From Candidatus Yanofskybacteria bacterium CG10_big_fil_rev_8_21_14_0_10_36_16 (GTDB taxonomy: Bacteria > Patescibacteriota > Minisyncoccia > 2-02-FULL-40-12 > IGHO2-01-FULL-4-A), in the NCBI GenBank assembly GCA_002794035.1, contig PCXQ01000005.1:16909-80908 (forward strand): a DNA stretch of 64,000 nucleotides, given 5' to 3'. Of this stretch, positions 30,701 to 38,965 are shown piece by piece. Below the pieces are notes generated by a model. The model did not search any database. It had not been told where the DNA came from and saw nothing but the letters and a program-made list of their open reading frames with translations. Position 1 is the stretch's first letter, and each line of letters starts with the position of its first letter. A program made the position numbers and the translations under genes.

Positions 30701-31310
30701 TTACTGTCATTGAGCCAGGTGTAACAACTGTACCACCGTCCCTTGAATAGTCAGGAACATCATTTACAGAACTGTAAGGAGTTCCGAAGCTGGTACCATT
30801 GTTTGTGTACCAGTTGAATTCGTTATTGTTTATACAGAATACCTTCTTAAAGAAGTTTGCGTCCTGCGAAACAGCTTGGGCACCAGTTACATTCACGTGG
30901 TGAAGTTTACCTGTGTCTTCGCCTGTTGTCTCAACGCCATATACTTCCTCAGCGCCTGATTCACAATTTCTGAACAAGCCTGAGGTTAGAAAAGCGTCTC
31001 GAGTTGCAGAACTTACGCTTTTAACGGATGAAAAACCTCCAAGGTGTCCGTAAAAGCCAAATATTACCGGATTCAAGAATAATCTCTTGTATCCTTGTTC
31101 GTTAACGATATATACATCTGGGTCTGATGATCCAGTGGCACTAATTGTGTCACCTTCTGTCAAACCGAAGTCGCCGGGCACTGCAGCGTGTACACCTACT
31201 GGTGCAAGAAACACTACACCTGACAACCAGAGCATAGTCGCTAACGCAGTAAATACCGAAACGGCCTTTCTGGCTTGGTTTCGATTTTTTCTGGTTAAAT
31301 GTATACTCAT
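27705..31310 (-). CDS. Large secreted beta-rich surface protein (S-layer-like), 1201 aa
   Basis: Signal peptide ending VHA-A; T/S/G/A/D/N-rich repeated beta-sandwich modules (e.g. LSAGTTRNFKVTGD, LAAGETRTLLVRTD); higher GC and codon bias suggest high expression. Confidence 0.75.
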   Translation of the reverse strand: MSIHLTRKNRNQARKAVSVFTALATMLWLSGVVFLAPVGVHAAVPGDFGLTEGDTISATGSSDPDVYIVNEQGYKRLFLNPVIFGFYGHLGGFSSVKSVSSATRDAFLTSGLFRNCESGAEEVYGVETTGEDTGKLHHVNVTGAQAVSQDANFFKKVFCINNNEFNWYTNNGTSFGTPYSSVNDVPDYSRDGGTVVTPGSMTVSLAPDNPPATTITLNAYGETVMSVRFSGTGTIDSLSFKRQGPGATGDFDNLYVYDGAERLTGGRTPSSADGTLTFVNLNLDVNGTKDIDLVADHSGTAGNVNYWVLESVTLESGNISGFPVQSNNFTFAGSNSGTINVDKTGSVANPKVGQKMAHLSTFKITANTESAHLKRVSLLNGGTVKDADITNLYLEVNGDKVANGWMNGDGDAVFEFSGSGYSIAKGDNKIFKVYGDLSGKKDETIKFYVEQASDVLAVGDQFGFGMAPTVDANFDDSTNTHSLTLQGGVLTLTFNGPNATNVGTDTQDTVLAQYSMSAASDIEVKKLRLVLCQADAGTTYADASDTTNGWADLDDIKVIDEDTGQVIVGPADGSAFTASEATGCPNGATGAAKTFTDTFDLSAGTTRNFKVTGDINIANTRAGQDLVATDTIKVVLDGYGESDLVGTAGDIAVMKYAGTNTAVDDSDIVPNTDLAGNNMTLQASSLTLGLSASPVSTTYVRGTQNVDALGITFAASLASGLEVTDITLSAYVADSGSTTALGVGASPDTSLSVGGLVSAVELWDATSGTLISNSPSANNLNTSTGTIVFNNLGWDLAAGETRTLLVRTDLSSNSTSGASDVFNFDIAATTDVTAIDDSGSSVNAANSAVNGTTSPTVLNTVSSAGTLAVTAAPDMPITGAKYWGQTDAEFARYRFRSTNEAFYIERLNINSGDTTANLTANVDKVKIRYTNEAGDTLTSVGTLNTAGSVSFAFTGSNRPYVPKDSSIDIKVLADLKTKAQGATSEVSFSLDFSGGATDEFRALGVGSGTLVEGNDTTGDDTDSVTGNDHYIYRVYPEFVQDTLAASEPLGTKDVLKFTIKAHGLSDSKLYFDDPASVTLKFDTVASGGASSNMTANLYDVGTGELLASATITAGQANGASISFTNWEKDVEITGGSQKSFRVEVGFTNFLDTSDYFQVVLRDEAGVIKYVDGARTGEDQEVTNVANVFKLLPMNGPIFSKQ

Positions 31311-31900
31311 AGTTTTAAGTTTAAATTTTTTCTTATTATCTCCTGACCTGAAGAATTGTTTTAAATAATTCTTTCTCCGGTTAAGGCGGCCTTGCTTGCC
31401 GGGTAAACCCGACCCGCTGCTTTAAACCAGCACTGGTCCGAAGGCAAAAAGAAACTTAATTACCTTTTTTTTGATTTGTAATTCTTTCTGCGAATTAATC
31501 TCTCTCACTTCATTTGGGCTCACTTACCTGTCGGCATCTAAACCCTGCGTAAAACTTTTTGATTTCGACTCATACTATTTTACGCATAGGAGTTAATCGA
31601 CCGCCAAGGGATCATGAACCTAAAAAATAAAATTAAAATGAAATTAACTTTATCCATCGATTGCAACATTCTTGGAAATTTAATTTTCAAAGTCCTTTCT
31701 TTACAATCCCGCGCAAATGATCAAGGGTTCTAATCACTCACGCGGTTCTGTAAAAAATTTTTGAAGACCAGGGTACTTAGATACGCAAAAAAGCCAAAAA
31801 GATTATCCTAGCTTTTTTGGCAAAATTTTCCTCTTTTTCATGGATATAATTGATATATTCCTTACTTAATAATGATAGCAGATTTAACTGCTTAAGTCAA
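31311..31900 (-). promoter_or_regulatory. Promoter (TTGACT-17-TATCAT) and about 550-nt structured 5' leader of the surface-protein gene
   Basis: -35 at 31900-31895, -10 at 31877-31872; several inverted repeats inside the leader. Confidence 0.55.
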
Positions 31901-31978
31901 TGATTAATTGTATACTTATAGGTGACTAACCTATTACTTAGATTTTATCAAAGTAAAAGCAATATATACAAGCAAAAA

Positions 31979-32176
31979 TGTGGATAACAAAAACAATTTA
32001 TAACAACTCAATACAAACAACCTTTTGAGCCTTGCTTTCGTCTTATTCAGCGCTGGTGTTTAATGCCACAAATGTTCTGTTTAATTTGTTTTGTTTTGCT
32101 TACCTTGTTTCTTTTTAACCTTCTTGAATTATTATAATTTCTGGTTAAAAAGCAAACAAGGAATAATTGTGGATAA
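31979..32176 (-). promoter_or_regulatory. Two perfect DnaA boxes (TGTGGATAA at 31979-31987 and 32168-32176)
   Basis: Exact consensus, same orientation, flanking an interrupted hairpin at about 32103-32161. Confidence 0.5.
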
Positions 32177-32375
32177 AAAAAACAGCTAAACACGCCATTA
32201 TATCAATAGACGTATTTTAGACATTAATATTACAAAACTCTGCCCCAAAACTGGCGAACCGCTCTAAGAGCCTTACGCCAGCCGAAGGCAGTGTTTTTTC
32301 ATGCCTGAAAATATATACATATATATGTATAGACACAAACCATACATACCATACATAAATATCCGAAAATTAAAT

Positions 32376-35300
32376 CTATTCACTAATCTCAAACAGCTTA
32401 CCGTCTATACTTACATACACAACACTGTCTCCAATTGCAAGATGTCCAGACACACTGCTTCCCAAATCAAGCGACCACCTTGTGTTGCCCTCGCTGTCTA
32501 GAGATTCTACTACCCCATCCTTTGTTGTGAAAAATATATTTCCATACAAATCAGTTTCTATTTTATTTAACACCTCACCAGATAATTCTGCCTCCCAATT
32601 CGTATCCAAAAATATTTTACCATCCTCGTTACCCTTTTCAATTGAACAGATTGCTGCTTTTCTGTTTACGTCAAAAACATTAAACATTCCTATCAACAAA
32701 GAATCTTCTCTAACTTTTGTTGGCACCGTAGCAATAACTCCTTCATTGCATGACGTCATATATTCTGACATTTCATTTGTTAAAACTTTTATTCTTATAA
32801 TTCTTGTTGAACGAGTAGAGGCATACAGCATATTTTCTTCTTTGTCATATGTCAAATTTATAGCCTTATATAGGGAAGCAATTTTAACCCTATCAGACCA
32901 CAATAATTCACCAGTATCGCCATTAAACCTATAAAAGCCAGGCAATCCATTCATATCAGCAGAAACAAACACATCTCCACCATCCACAGGAGCAGGATTA
33001 AACCCGCCAAAACGACTCCCATCAGTTGAAATCCACAAGGTATCGCCATTTGGACTTAGTTTAACCATTTTATCTAATGAAACTATTGTAAAAAACACAT
33101 TGCCATCATCATCCAACGCTAAATCGCTTGTTTTTCCGCCAATATCTGAATCCCAAATCTTATTGCCATTAACATCCAGTTTCGTTATTGGCCCGCCTGC
33201 AGGATGCCTAAACATTACAGAACCATCATCTAAAACAATAAGATTTGCTGTTCTACCATAAGTACTCTTATATCGCCATTTTTCCACACCATCACCATTA
33301 ATAGCAACGACACCATAAGACGAATCACTAAATCGCACTGAAACAATTATTCCATCAGGCAAAACCGCTGGCTCAAAAAACAAAGCAATGCCTATAATCT
33401 TTGAGCTCAAATCATTATAAACAACACCGTCGGAAAGCATTTCAGGCTCATTTAAGCCACCTTCGAAATCACCTCCAATCCCCAACAAAGAACCCAAAGA
33501 CGCAAGCATAAAATCAGCACTTCCCCTAGATATCACTTTACTATTTACTCTTTTGGGGGTGCCTTTTATTTCACCGCCATCTGAGTCTTCCCCGTTAAAT
33601 GATAAACCTGTAAAATTTTTCCAATTTGAGTAATCTTTTCCACTAACTAACGGGTCAATTCTCTCCATTGAAACCCTGTCGCCTGAGTTACCCGAATACC
33701 ACATCTTATCTTTCTCTCCTACCATATCTGCCACAACCCCAAAATCATTATACAAAGCAATGACTTCGCCATTATTATTCAATCCGCCATGTCCGAAACT
33801 AACAGCCAAATCGGCATCAATATTGCTCACAACATCATCATTGAAACGCTCGATCAAAAAGTACTTCCCAGCACCTATGATTGTACCTTCAGGAAATTCT
33901 ATGGCAGGGGACAGATCATCTGACTCCAATCTCCAACCAGACAAATCAACATCTTCACCCTCGGCATTGTAAAGCTCTATCCACTCATCATAAGGAGAAG
34001 CACCAGTGCCCGCCCAAGCAATCTCATTGATAACAACACGCTTGGCGGGGACCACCCACATTCCCATTCTGTCTATTTTTGCATCATCTTCTGAATCTTT
34101 AAATAACCGAGCACATGCCGTATTGGGCTTAACTGGAGTGGCACTAGCCCAGCCATTTTTTATCATATCAAGATTCACAAACTTATTATTAACAAAAACA
34201 TAACCCAACATTCTTCCAAAATTATCTGTATCATCCAATCCCGCTTCAATTAACACCTCATTACCCATTATCATTTCAGATAAAGCTTTTTTGGCATCCT
34301 CATAATAATCATCATTCTTTTCTGGTGAATCAACACCAATTAATCTAATAAACCTTCCCGAATGAATTTGAAAGGTATCGCCATCTTGAACTGCAACGAC
34401 TTCTCCATTGATAAAACTCCTATTTTCCAATTCATCATCACAGTAATTACTCGGCACAGAATCATCATTTTGCAATATTATATCATCATTTAATAATGGT
34501 GATGGACTAGGTGATGATATTGCATCATCATTATTTAATATTGCATCATCATTATCATTATTAGCATCATCTTTTATGTTCTGTTCAATATATACAATAT
34601 TGTCATTATTTAATACTCCACCAATTATTTGAAAATCAATATTTGTGTTATTTTCATTACCAAATCCAAAAAATCCTAAAAATTTATCCCAAAGCCCATC
34701 TTCATCATTTGATTCACCGTATTTTTCAATATATAACTTCTTAGCTTCTTCTCCTTGTTCTAAAAACAATTTCAATGCTCCCGCCCCATTTAAAACAAAT
34801 TCATTAGATAATCTCTCCCAATAACCATCTAAGATTATTGAACCAATATCTGGATCCTCTAAAGTTACTTCGTTAACATCCGTAAAATTTCTTAAAGAAA
34901 AAGTATTAAGTAAAGCCAATTTGTACTCACGTCCATTTTTATCATAATTTATGGCAAAAAGTTTATTTTCATTTTTTATTAAAAAAAATTTTGTTGAATT
35001 CAAATTTGGACTATAATATTTATCTGAAAAAATTGTATCCTCACTAAAAAAATACCCGTTTGAATACTTTGCTATTTCATCAAAATATTTTTCCTGGCTT
35101 GATAACAAAATTGGATTCTCGCCTTCATTAAATAAATTTTCAGAAATATTCCAAATATTTATTTTCCACTTATCTGTTTCTTTCTCATAAGGACTGCTTG
35201 TTGCATGATGCCATGGCAAATGAGTATCTCCGCGAGTATGTTCTGGAACTGCTGAATCTTCAAGCAAATGCAAAAGATGACCCATACCAATCATGGCTCT

Positions 35301-35762
35301 TTTCCTATCACCTCTAGCATAATCCCAAATCGCCCTCTCATATGACCAATCCGCATATGACGTTGAATCAATAAAACTTGTCGGCAGTTTATACTGAGCT
35401 AATGCTAAATTAGTTGTTGCTTGTCTTACTTCAGAGTAAAGGCCCCACTCCTTTGAAGTGGTATAACCAAGCCATCCTTCATTATAAACAGGGTCATAGA
35501 AATGATTAACTGAAAGAGGCGCATCGTCTTCTCTTATGGCACCCTCTATGAGGTTTTTCTTGTCGTCATCCGTTAATTTATTTTCTGAAAAACTTAAATT
35601 ATAAAAATCAATCGCTGCATTTGTTAATGCGGGATGAGTATTATATTGGCTATATGAAAAAACAGGCAACATGCTTACCCAAAAATAAAACAGGGTTACC
35701 CCCATAATTACAGAAGTTTTTACTAAATTTTTATGATTAACAATAGGTAAAAAATAATTCAA
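32376..35762 (-). CDS. Secreted multidomain protein: Zn phospholipase C/P1-nuclease fold + thermonuclease (SNase) + lamin-tail domain + PQQ-like beta-propeller
   Basis: THPALT..HFYDP..GHLLHLLEDSAVPEH; VQDGDT..IRLIGVDSPE..FGRMLGYV; VVINEIAWAG..DEWIELYN..DLSGWRL; repeated G..KW blades. Start codon uncertain. Confidence 0.8.
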   Translation of the reverse strand: MNYFLPIVNHKNLVKTSVIMGVTLFYFWVSMLPVFSYSQYNTHPALTNAAIDFYNLSFSENKLTDDDKKNLIEGAIREDDAPLSVNHFYDPVYNEGWLGYTTSKEWGLYSEVRQATTNLALAQYKLPTSFIDSTSYADWSYERAIWDYARGDRKRAMIGMGHLLHLLEDSAVPEHTRGDTHLPWHHATSSPYEKETDKWKINIWNISENLFNEGENPILLSSQEKYFDEIAKYSNGYFFSEDTIFSDKYYSPNLNSTKFFLIKNENKLFAINYDKNGREYKLALLNTFSLRNFTDVNEVTLEDPDIGSIILDGYWERLSNEFVLNGAGALKLFLEQGEEAKKLYIEKYGESNDEDGLWDKFLGFFGFGNENNTNIDFQIIGGVLNNDNIVYIEQNIKDDANNDNDDAILNNDDAISSPSPSPLLNDDIILQNDDSVPSNYCDDELENRSFINGEVVAVQDGDTFQIHSGRFIRLIGVDSPEKNDDYYEDAKKALSEMIMGNEVLIEAGLDDTDNFGRMLGYVFVNNKFVNLDMIKNGWASATPVKPNTACARLFKDSEDDAKIDRMGMWVVPAKRVVINEIAWAGTGASPYDEWIELYNAEGEDVDLSGWRLESDDLSPAIEFPEGTIIGAGKYFLIERFNDDVVSNIDADLAVSFGHGGLNNNGEVIALYNDFGVVADMVGEKDKMWYSGNSGDRVSMERIDPLVSGKDYSNWKNFTGLSFNGEDSDGGEIKGTPKRVNSKVISRGSADFMLASLGSLLGIGGDFEGGLNEPEMLSDGVVYNDLSSKIIGIALFFEPAVLPDGIIVSVRFSDSSYGVVAINGDGVEKWRYKSTYGRTANLIVLDDGSVMFRHPAGGPITKLDVNGNKIWDSDIGGKTSDLALDDDGNVFFTIVSLDKMVKLSPNGDTLWISTDGSRFGGFNPAPVDGGDVFVSADMNGLPGFYRFNGDTGELLWSDRVKIASLYKAINLTYDKEENMLYASTRSTRIIRIKVLTNEMSEYMTSCNEGVIATVPTKVREDSLLIGMFNVFDVNRKAAICSIEKGNEDGKIFLDTNWEAELSGEVLNKIETDLYGNIFFTTKDGVVESLDSEGNTRWSLDLGSSVSGHLAIGDSVVYVSIDGKLFEISE

Positions 35763-35791
35763 AAATCACTGTCCCCTCCAAACATTTTTGT

Positions 35792-36367
35792 TTATAAAAC
35801 TCTAATTTTCCAAACTCCACTTGGATAACTTACAAATTCTGCGTTATTTGAATATTCTCCTGCTGGTATCTTAATTTTTTGACCATTCAAAATAGTGCTG
35901 GTATCATCTTTAACTATATTAATATATCGAAAATAAACAACATCTTCACTTTTATTTTTTGTCCAAGTTTTTCTTATTCTTTCCCACTCAATACTGAAAT
36001 CAGTTAACAAGCCTCTGGCTTTATAATCATTCAATCTTTCTTTCCATTGATCCTGCTTTTCTAATACAAAATATTTACTGGCAAGTTCTATATCGCCATT
36101 TTCAAGCGCGGCGATAAAAAGATCCATTGTTTCTTCGGGTGTTTTTCCTCCATAAGTATCTGCTTTAAGCATGTTCTCATAGTCATCTTGCAATTTTTGT
36201 TCAGCTTTTAATGCGCGTTGACGGGTAGCATATTCTGAACCTTGATAGCCAACCCAAATTATGCCGATAGATATTATGACCAAAACGAAAACAACTACCC
36301 ATCGTTTAAACCAACTTTTATTCTGTCTGTTTTTATTGTTATTCAATTGATTAAAGCTGTTTTTCAT
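35792..36367 (-). CDS. Membrane-anchored hypothetical protein (NTF2-like, CPR-type)
   Basis: N-terminal TM; DTYGGKTPEETMDLFIAALENGDIELASKYF; ends GVWKI. Confidence 0.7.
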   Translation of the reverse strand: MKNSFNQLNNNKNRQNKSWFKRWVVVFVLVIISIGIIWVGYQGSEYATRQRALKAEQKLQDDYENMLKADTYGGKTPEETMDLFIAALENGDIELASKYFVLEKQDQWKERLNDYKARGLLTDFSIEWERIRKTWTKNKSEDVVYFRYINIVKDDTSTILNGQKIKIPAGEYSNNAEFVSYPSGVWKIRVL

Positions 36368-36412
36368 ACTCTAATTCTACCACGAACGTATATTATTTAC
36401 ATATTTCCGTCA

Positions 36413-36484
36413 ACCCCGCTCTTGAAATGAGTTGCGGTATCTGTACCTCATTTTATAAGACTTGTTTAATTTCAAGGGCGGGGT
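36413..36484. repeat. MITE/REP-like element with 16-bp terminal inverted repeats
   Basis: ACCCCGCTCTTGAAAT ... ATTTCAAGGGCGGGGT (one mismatch) around a 40-bp interior. Confidence 0.7.
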
Positions 36485-36522
36485 CAACCCCCTAAAACCC
36501 TATTTAAACTTATCCTCACATT

Positions 36523-36560
36523 AATTCGTAATTATGTGCGACCGCACATAATTACGAATT
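36523..36560. repeat. Perfect 18-bp inverted repeat
   Basis: AATTCGTAATTATGTGCG-AC-CGCACATAATTACGAATT. Confidence 0.9.
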
Positions 36561-36671
36561 TTATTTTAATATTAAATTTATTATCATAATTATGTTCTTT
36601 AATTACTTGACTGGGCAAATTTTTAGTGTTAATATTTTTCTGGTAATTTTCCATTTTAAAAAGAGGAAGAA

Positions 36672-36995
36672 ATGTCCTGCTGGAAAGAATCACCGATAAA
36701 GCACTGGTATGAAACAGAGCAAGGTGAAAAACTTGCCCGATTATTATTTCAAGATGCTGGATTACCAGAGGTTCCCAAAGTTGCAAAAGTAGAGCTTGAG
36801 CAAGCCACTTATACAAATCAACAAATTCTGGAGATGACCGGCAGTCTTACCACTCTGATGCGATTGCTAAGAATGCTACCACAAGGTGGAAGTGTTGAGA
36901 TAAGAAGAATGGCACTAAGTACTCTGGTTAATGAGGAACAAAAAGAAAGGTCGAGAACAGAAACAACGTCCCGTCGCATGTACTTTGGTTCATAA
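36672..36995 (+). CDS. Hypothetical protein, paralog of the next gene
   Basis: AAGAGG SD; promoter TTGACT-17-TAATAT at 36607-36635; shares HW.ET..G..L....LPEV and LE..TYTN.QI motifs with 37023-37271. Confidence 0.75.
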   Translation: MSCWKESPIKHWYETEQGEKLARLLFQDAGLPEVPKVAKVELEQATYTNQQILEMTGSLTTLMRLLRMLPQGGSVEIRRMALSTLVNEEQKERSRTETTSRRMYFGS

Positions 36996-37022
36996 TTCAT
37001 AAGATACCCAAAGGAGGAGAAA

Positions 37023-37271
37023 ATGACTCACTGGTCTGAGACGAAAAAGGGCAGACTTCTTGGCATGACAGCGTTTGCAATTGTTGACTTGCCGGAAGTT
37101 AAAGAAGAAAATCTTGAGAAGGGCACTTACACAAACAAACAAATTGCCAGGATGTGTGAAACCCCTCAAAAATTAATGACCTTATTAAAAGGGTTACCCA
37201 CAACGGCAACCCATAAAAAATTGAGGATTATTATAAGCTCCAGAATTAAAGAAATGCAGGAACAATATTAA
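37023..37271 (+). CDS. Hypothetical protein, paralog of the previous gene
   Basis: AAGGAGG SD; followed by the ACCCCGC-CACC-GCGGGGT terminator (37284-37301). Confidence 0.75.
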   Translation: MTHWSETKKGRLLGMTAFAIVDLPEVKEENLEKGTYTNKQIARMCETPQKLMTLLKGLPTTATHKKLRIIISSRIKEMQEQY

Positions 37272-37307
37272 ACCAGTTAACAAACCCCGCCACCGCGGGG
37301 TCTTTTT

Positions 37308-38108
37308 TTATTTTAATCTGTAATATACTTTTTTGCCTTCGGCTTTTCTTGATACTAAATCGTCATCAATCAACTCTTTCATATTGCGTTTGATATTTCT
37401 TTTGCTGATATTACTGAACTTATCAAATAATTCTTTGTTTAAAACTGATTTGCCTTGTCTTTCCATATGTTTCAAAATTTCCCTTTTGGTATCATTTAGT
37501 TTTATTTTATTTTGGGGGGACTGGGTCACGGGTTTTTTAACGTTTAATTCTCCCCCGTTTTTTGAATTTTTTTTCTGAAGTTCTAAATCTTTAAAATTTG
37601 TTTTTGAAAAATCGTAAATTGATGATTCAAATCGTAACAAATTTCGATAGGCGAGCAGGGTGTTAACTTTATCAAAATTATTTGTTTTTAATATAAGTAA
37701 AATATTTATCAAGTTTTTAATTTGATAAATTAAAGCAATTTGACATTGTACGACGTGATTCATACGTCTTACAATGTCAGAGGATTTTGTGCCATCTTGG
37801 TGGCGCAACAATCCTGTTTGTGCGTCATAATTAACATGTTGCACAATCTCGTTAGGTTCTACGACATTTTTAAATGTTGCAGAACCTGTTTGTGCAACGT
37901 AACTCATGTGTTGCGCAATGTCGAAGAGTTTTAAATCACTTTCTAATTCTAGAAACTTAAGCCCCATATCTTTCGCCTCTTTTAGTAACATCTCTACGCC
38001 TTGTGTATCTTTTTCTTTTAACTTTGAGGCAACAAAAACAACGCTGGATAAAGCGTCTAAAAACTCCCCCCTAACCGCCTCTGCTATTTTTTTATTTTTA
38101 TCTATCAC
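37308..38108 (-). CDS. Hypothetical protein with a C-terminal winged HTH
   Basis: C-terminal LNDTKREIL...ISKRNIKRNMKELIDDDLVSRKAEGKKVYY; overlaps the upstream gene's stop. Confidence 0.65.
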   Translation of the reverse strand: MIDKNKKIAEAVRGEFLDALSSVVFVASKLKEKDTQGVEMLLKEAKDMGLKFLELESDLKLFDIAQHMSYVAQTGSATFKNVVEPNEIVQHVNYDAQTGLLRHQDGTKSSDIVRRMNHVVQCQIALIYQIKNLINILLILKTNNFDKVNTLLAYRNLLRFESSIYDFSKTNFKDLELQKKNSKNGGELNVKKPVTQSPQNKIKLNDTKREILKHMERQGKSVLNKELFDKFSNISKRNIKRNMKELIDDDLVSRKAEGKKVYYRLK

Positions 38109-38850
38109 TTAAACTAATCCCCTCCAAAAATTCTTTTAAAGTATCCTGTCCTATTGTAACAAGGGTCCTATTTTTATAATCTACAACCCCAAGAACACCA
38201 GCATCTTTGTTTATAAGTACTCCCCCAAAAACGCCCTCGTTGTAGTCCGTTTTTAATTCAAAAACATTGCTCTGGACCCTTGTTACCAATGCTGGTTCAA
38301 TCACAAGTCCTGTACTATTAAAACTCACATACTTTCCTACAACTAGCAAAGAATCAGCGAGTTTAGGCATTTCTTCATTAAACGAAACAACCCCCAGACC
38401 GCCTGCGTCTATTTTTAATAACGCAAGGTTATTAGACCAATCTCTTGAAACAACTTCAGCTCTATGGGGCTGTTCATTGGCCCAAACCTGAACAGACGAC
38501 ACAAATGAAGGCACAATAGTATTTAAAGTTACAACAAATCCATCTTCTGTCATTATTACTCCAGTACCATGCCTTACCACACGCCCACCGGAAAAACTTT
38601 GAATTGCAACTATGCTCGGTTTGATTGCCCCCAATGCTTCACCAAAATAATCAGAATCAGGAACAATCACAGTTTCCTTTTCAATTCGCTCAACCACCTT
38701 GTCTATACCGCTGATGTGCTTATAAAAAAAAGCAAAACCTGCAACATTATGCTTAATCAAAAAAGGCATCAAAAATCCTGCAAAAAATGCACCGCCCAAT
38801 CCGCCGGCAACAACTACAGCTATTAATTTTTTATACTTTTTTAATTCCAA
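38098..38850 (-). CDS. Membrane-anchored trypsin-like (S1C/HtrA) fold protein with a degenerate catalytic site
   Basis: PSIVAI, GTGVIMTEDGFVVT, NLALLKI, GGVLINKDAGVLGV; His, Asp and Ser positions substituted. Confidence 0.7.
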   Translation of the reverse strand: MELKKYKKLIAVVVAGGLGGAFFAGFLMPFLIKHNVAGFAFFYKHISGIDKVVERIEKETVIVPDSDYFGEALGAIKPSIVAIQSFSGGRVVRHGTGVIMTEDGFVVTLNTIVPSFVSSVQVWANEQPHRAEVVSRDWSNNLALLKIDAGGLGVVSFNEEMPKLADSLLVVGKYVSFNSTGLVIEPALVTRVQSNVFELKTDYNEGVFGGVLINKDAGVLGVVDYKNRTLVTIGQDTLKEFLEGISLSDR

Positions 38851-38965
38851 TTAAGCTCTTTGGCGCGATTCCAATGATCATCCACTCCCTCAACTTTATT
38901 CAGGCAGTACCGCTCCTTCGGCTACACTCCCTTCGAAAATACTCGGAACAGGCAGGACAAGCATT

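Noticed and set aside
32030-32056. Hammerhead-like CTGA...GAAA on the minus strand
   Set aside because: The core reads CTGAATA rather than CUGANGA, and there is no stem II
31900-32375. Replication origin
   Set aside because: Only two DnaA boxes, no dnaA or dnaN nearby, and the minus-strand gene bias is the same on both sides
34490-34570. GCATCATCATT repeats as a DNA repeat element
   Set aside because: They encode the low-complexity Asn/Asp linker (NDDA) of the 1128-aa protein
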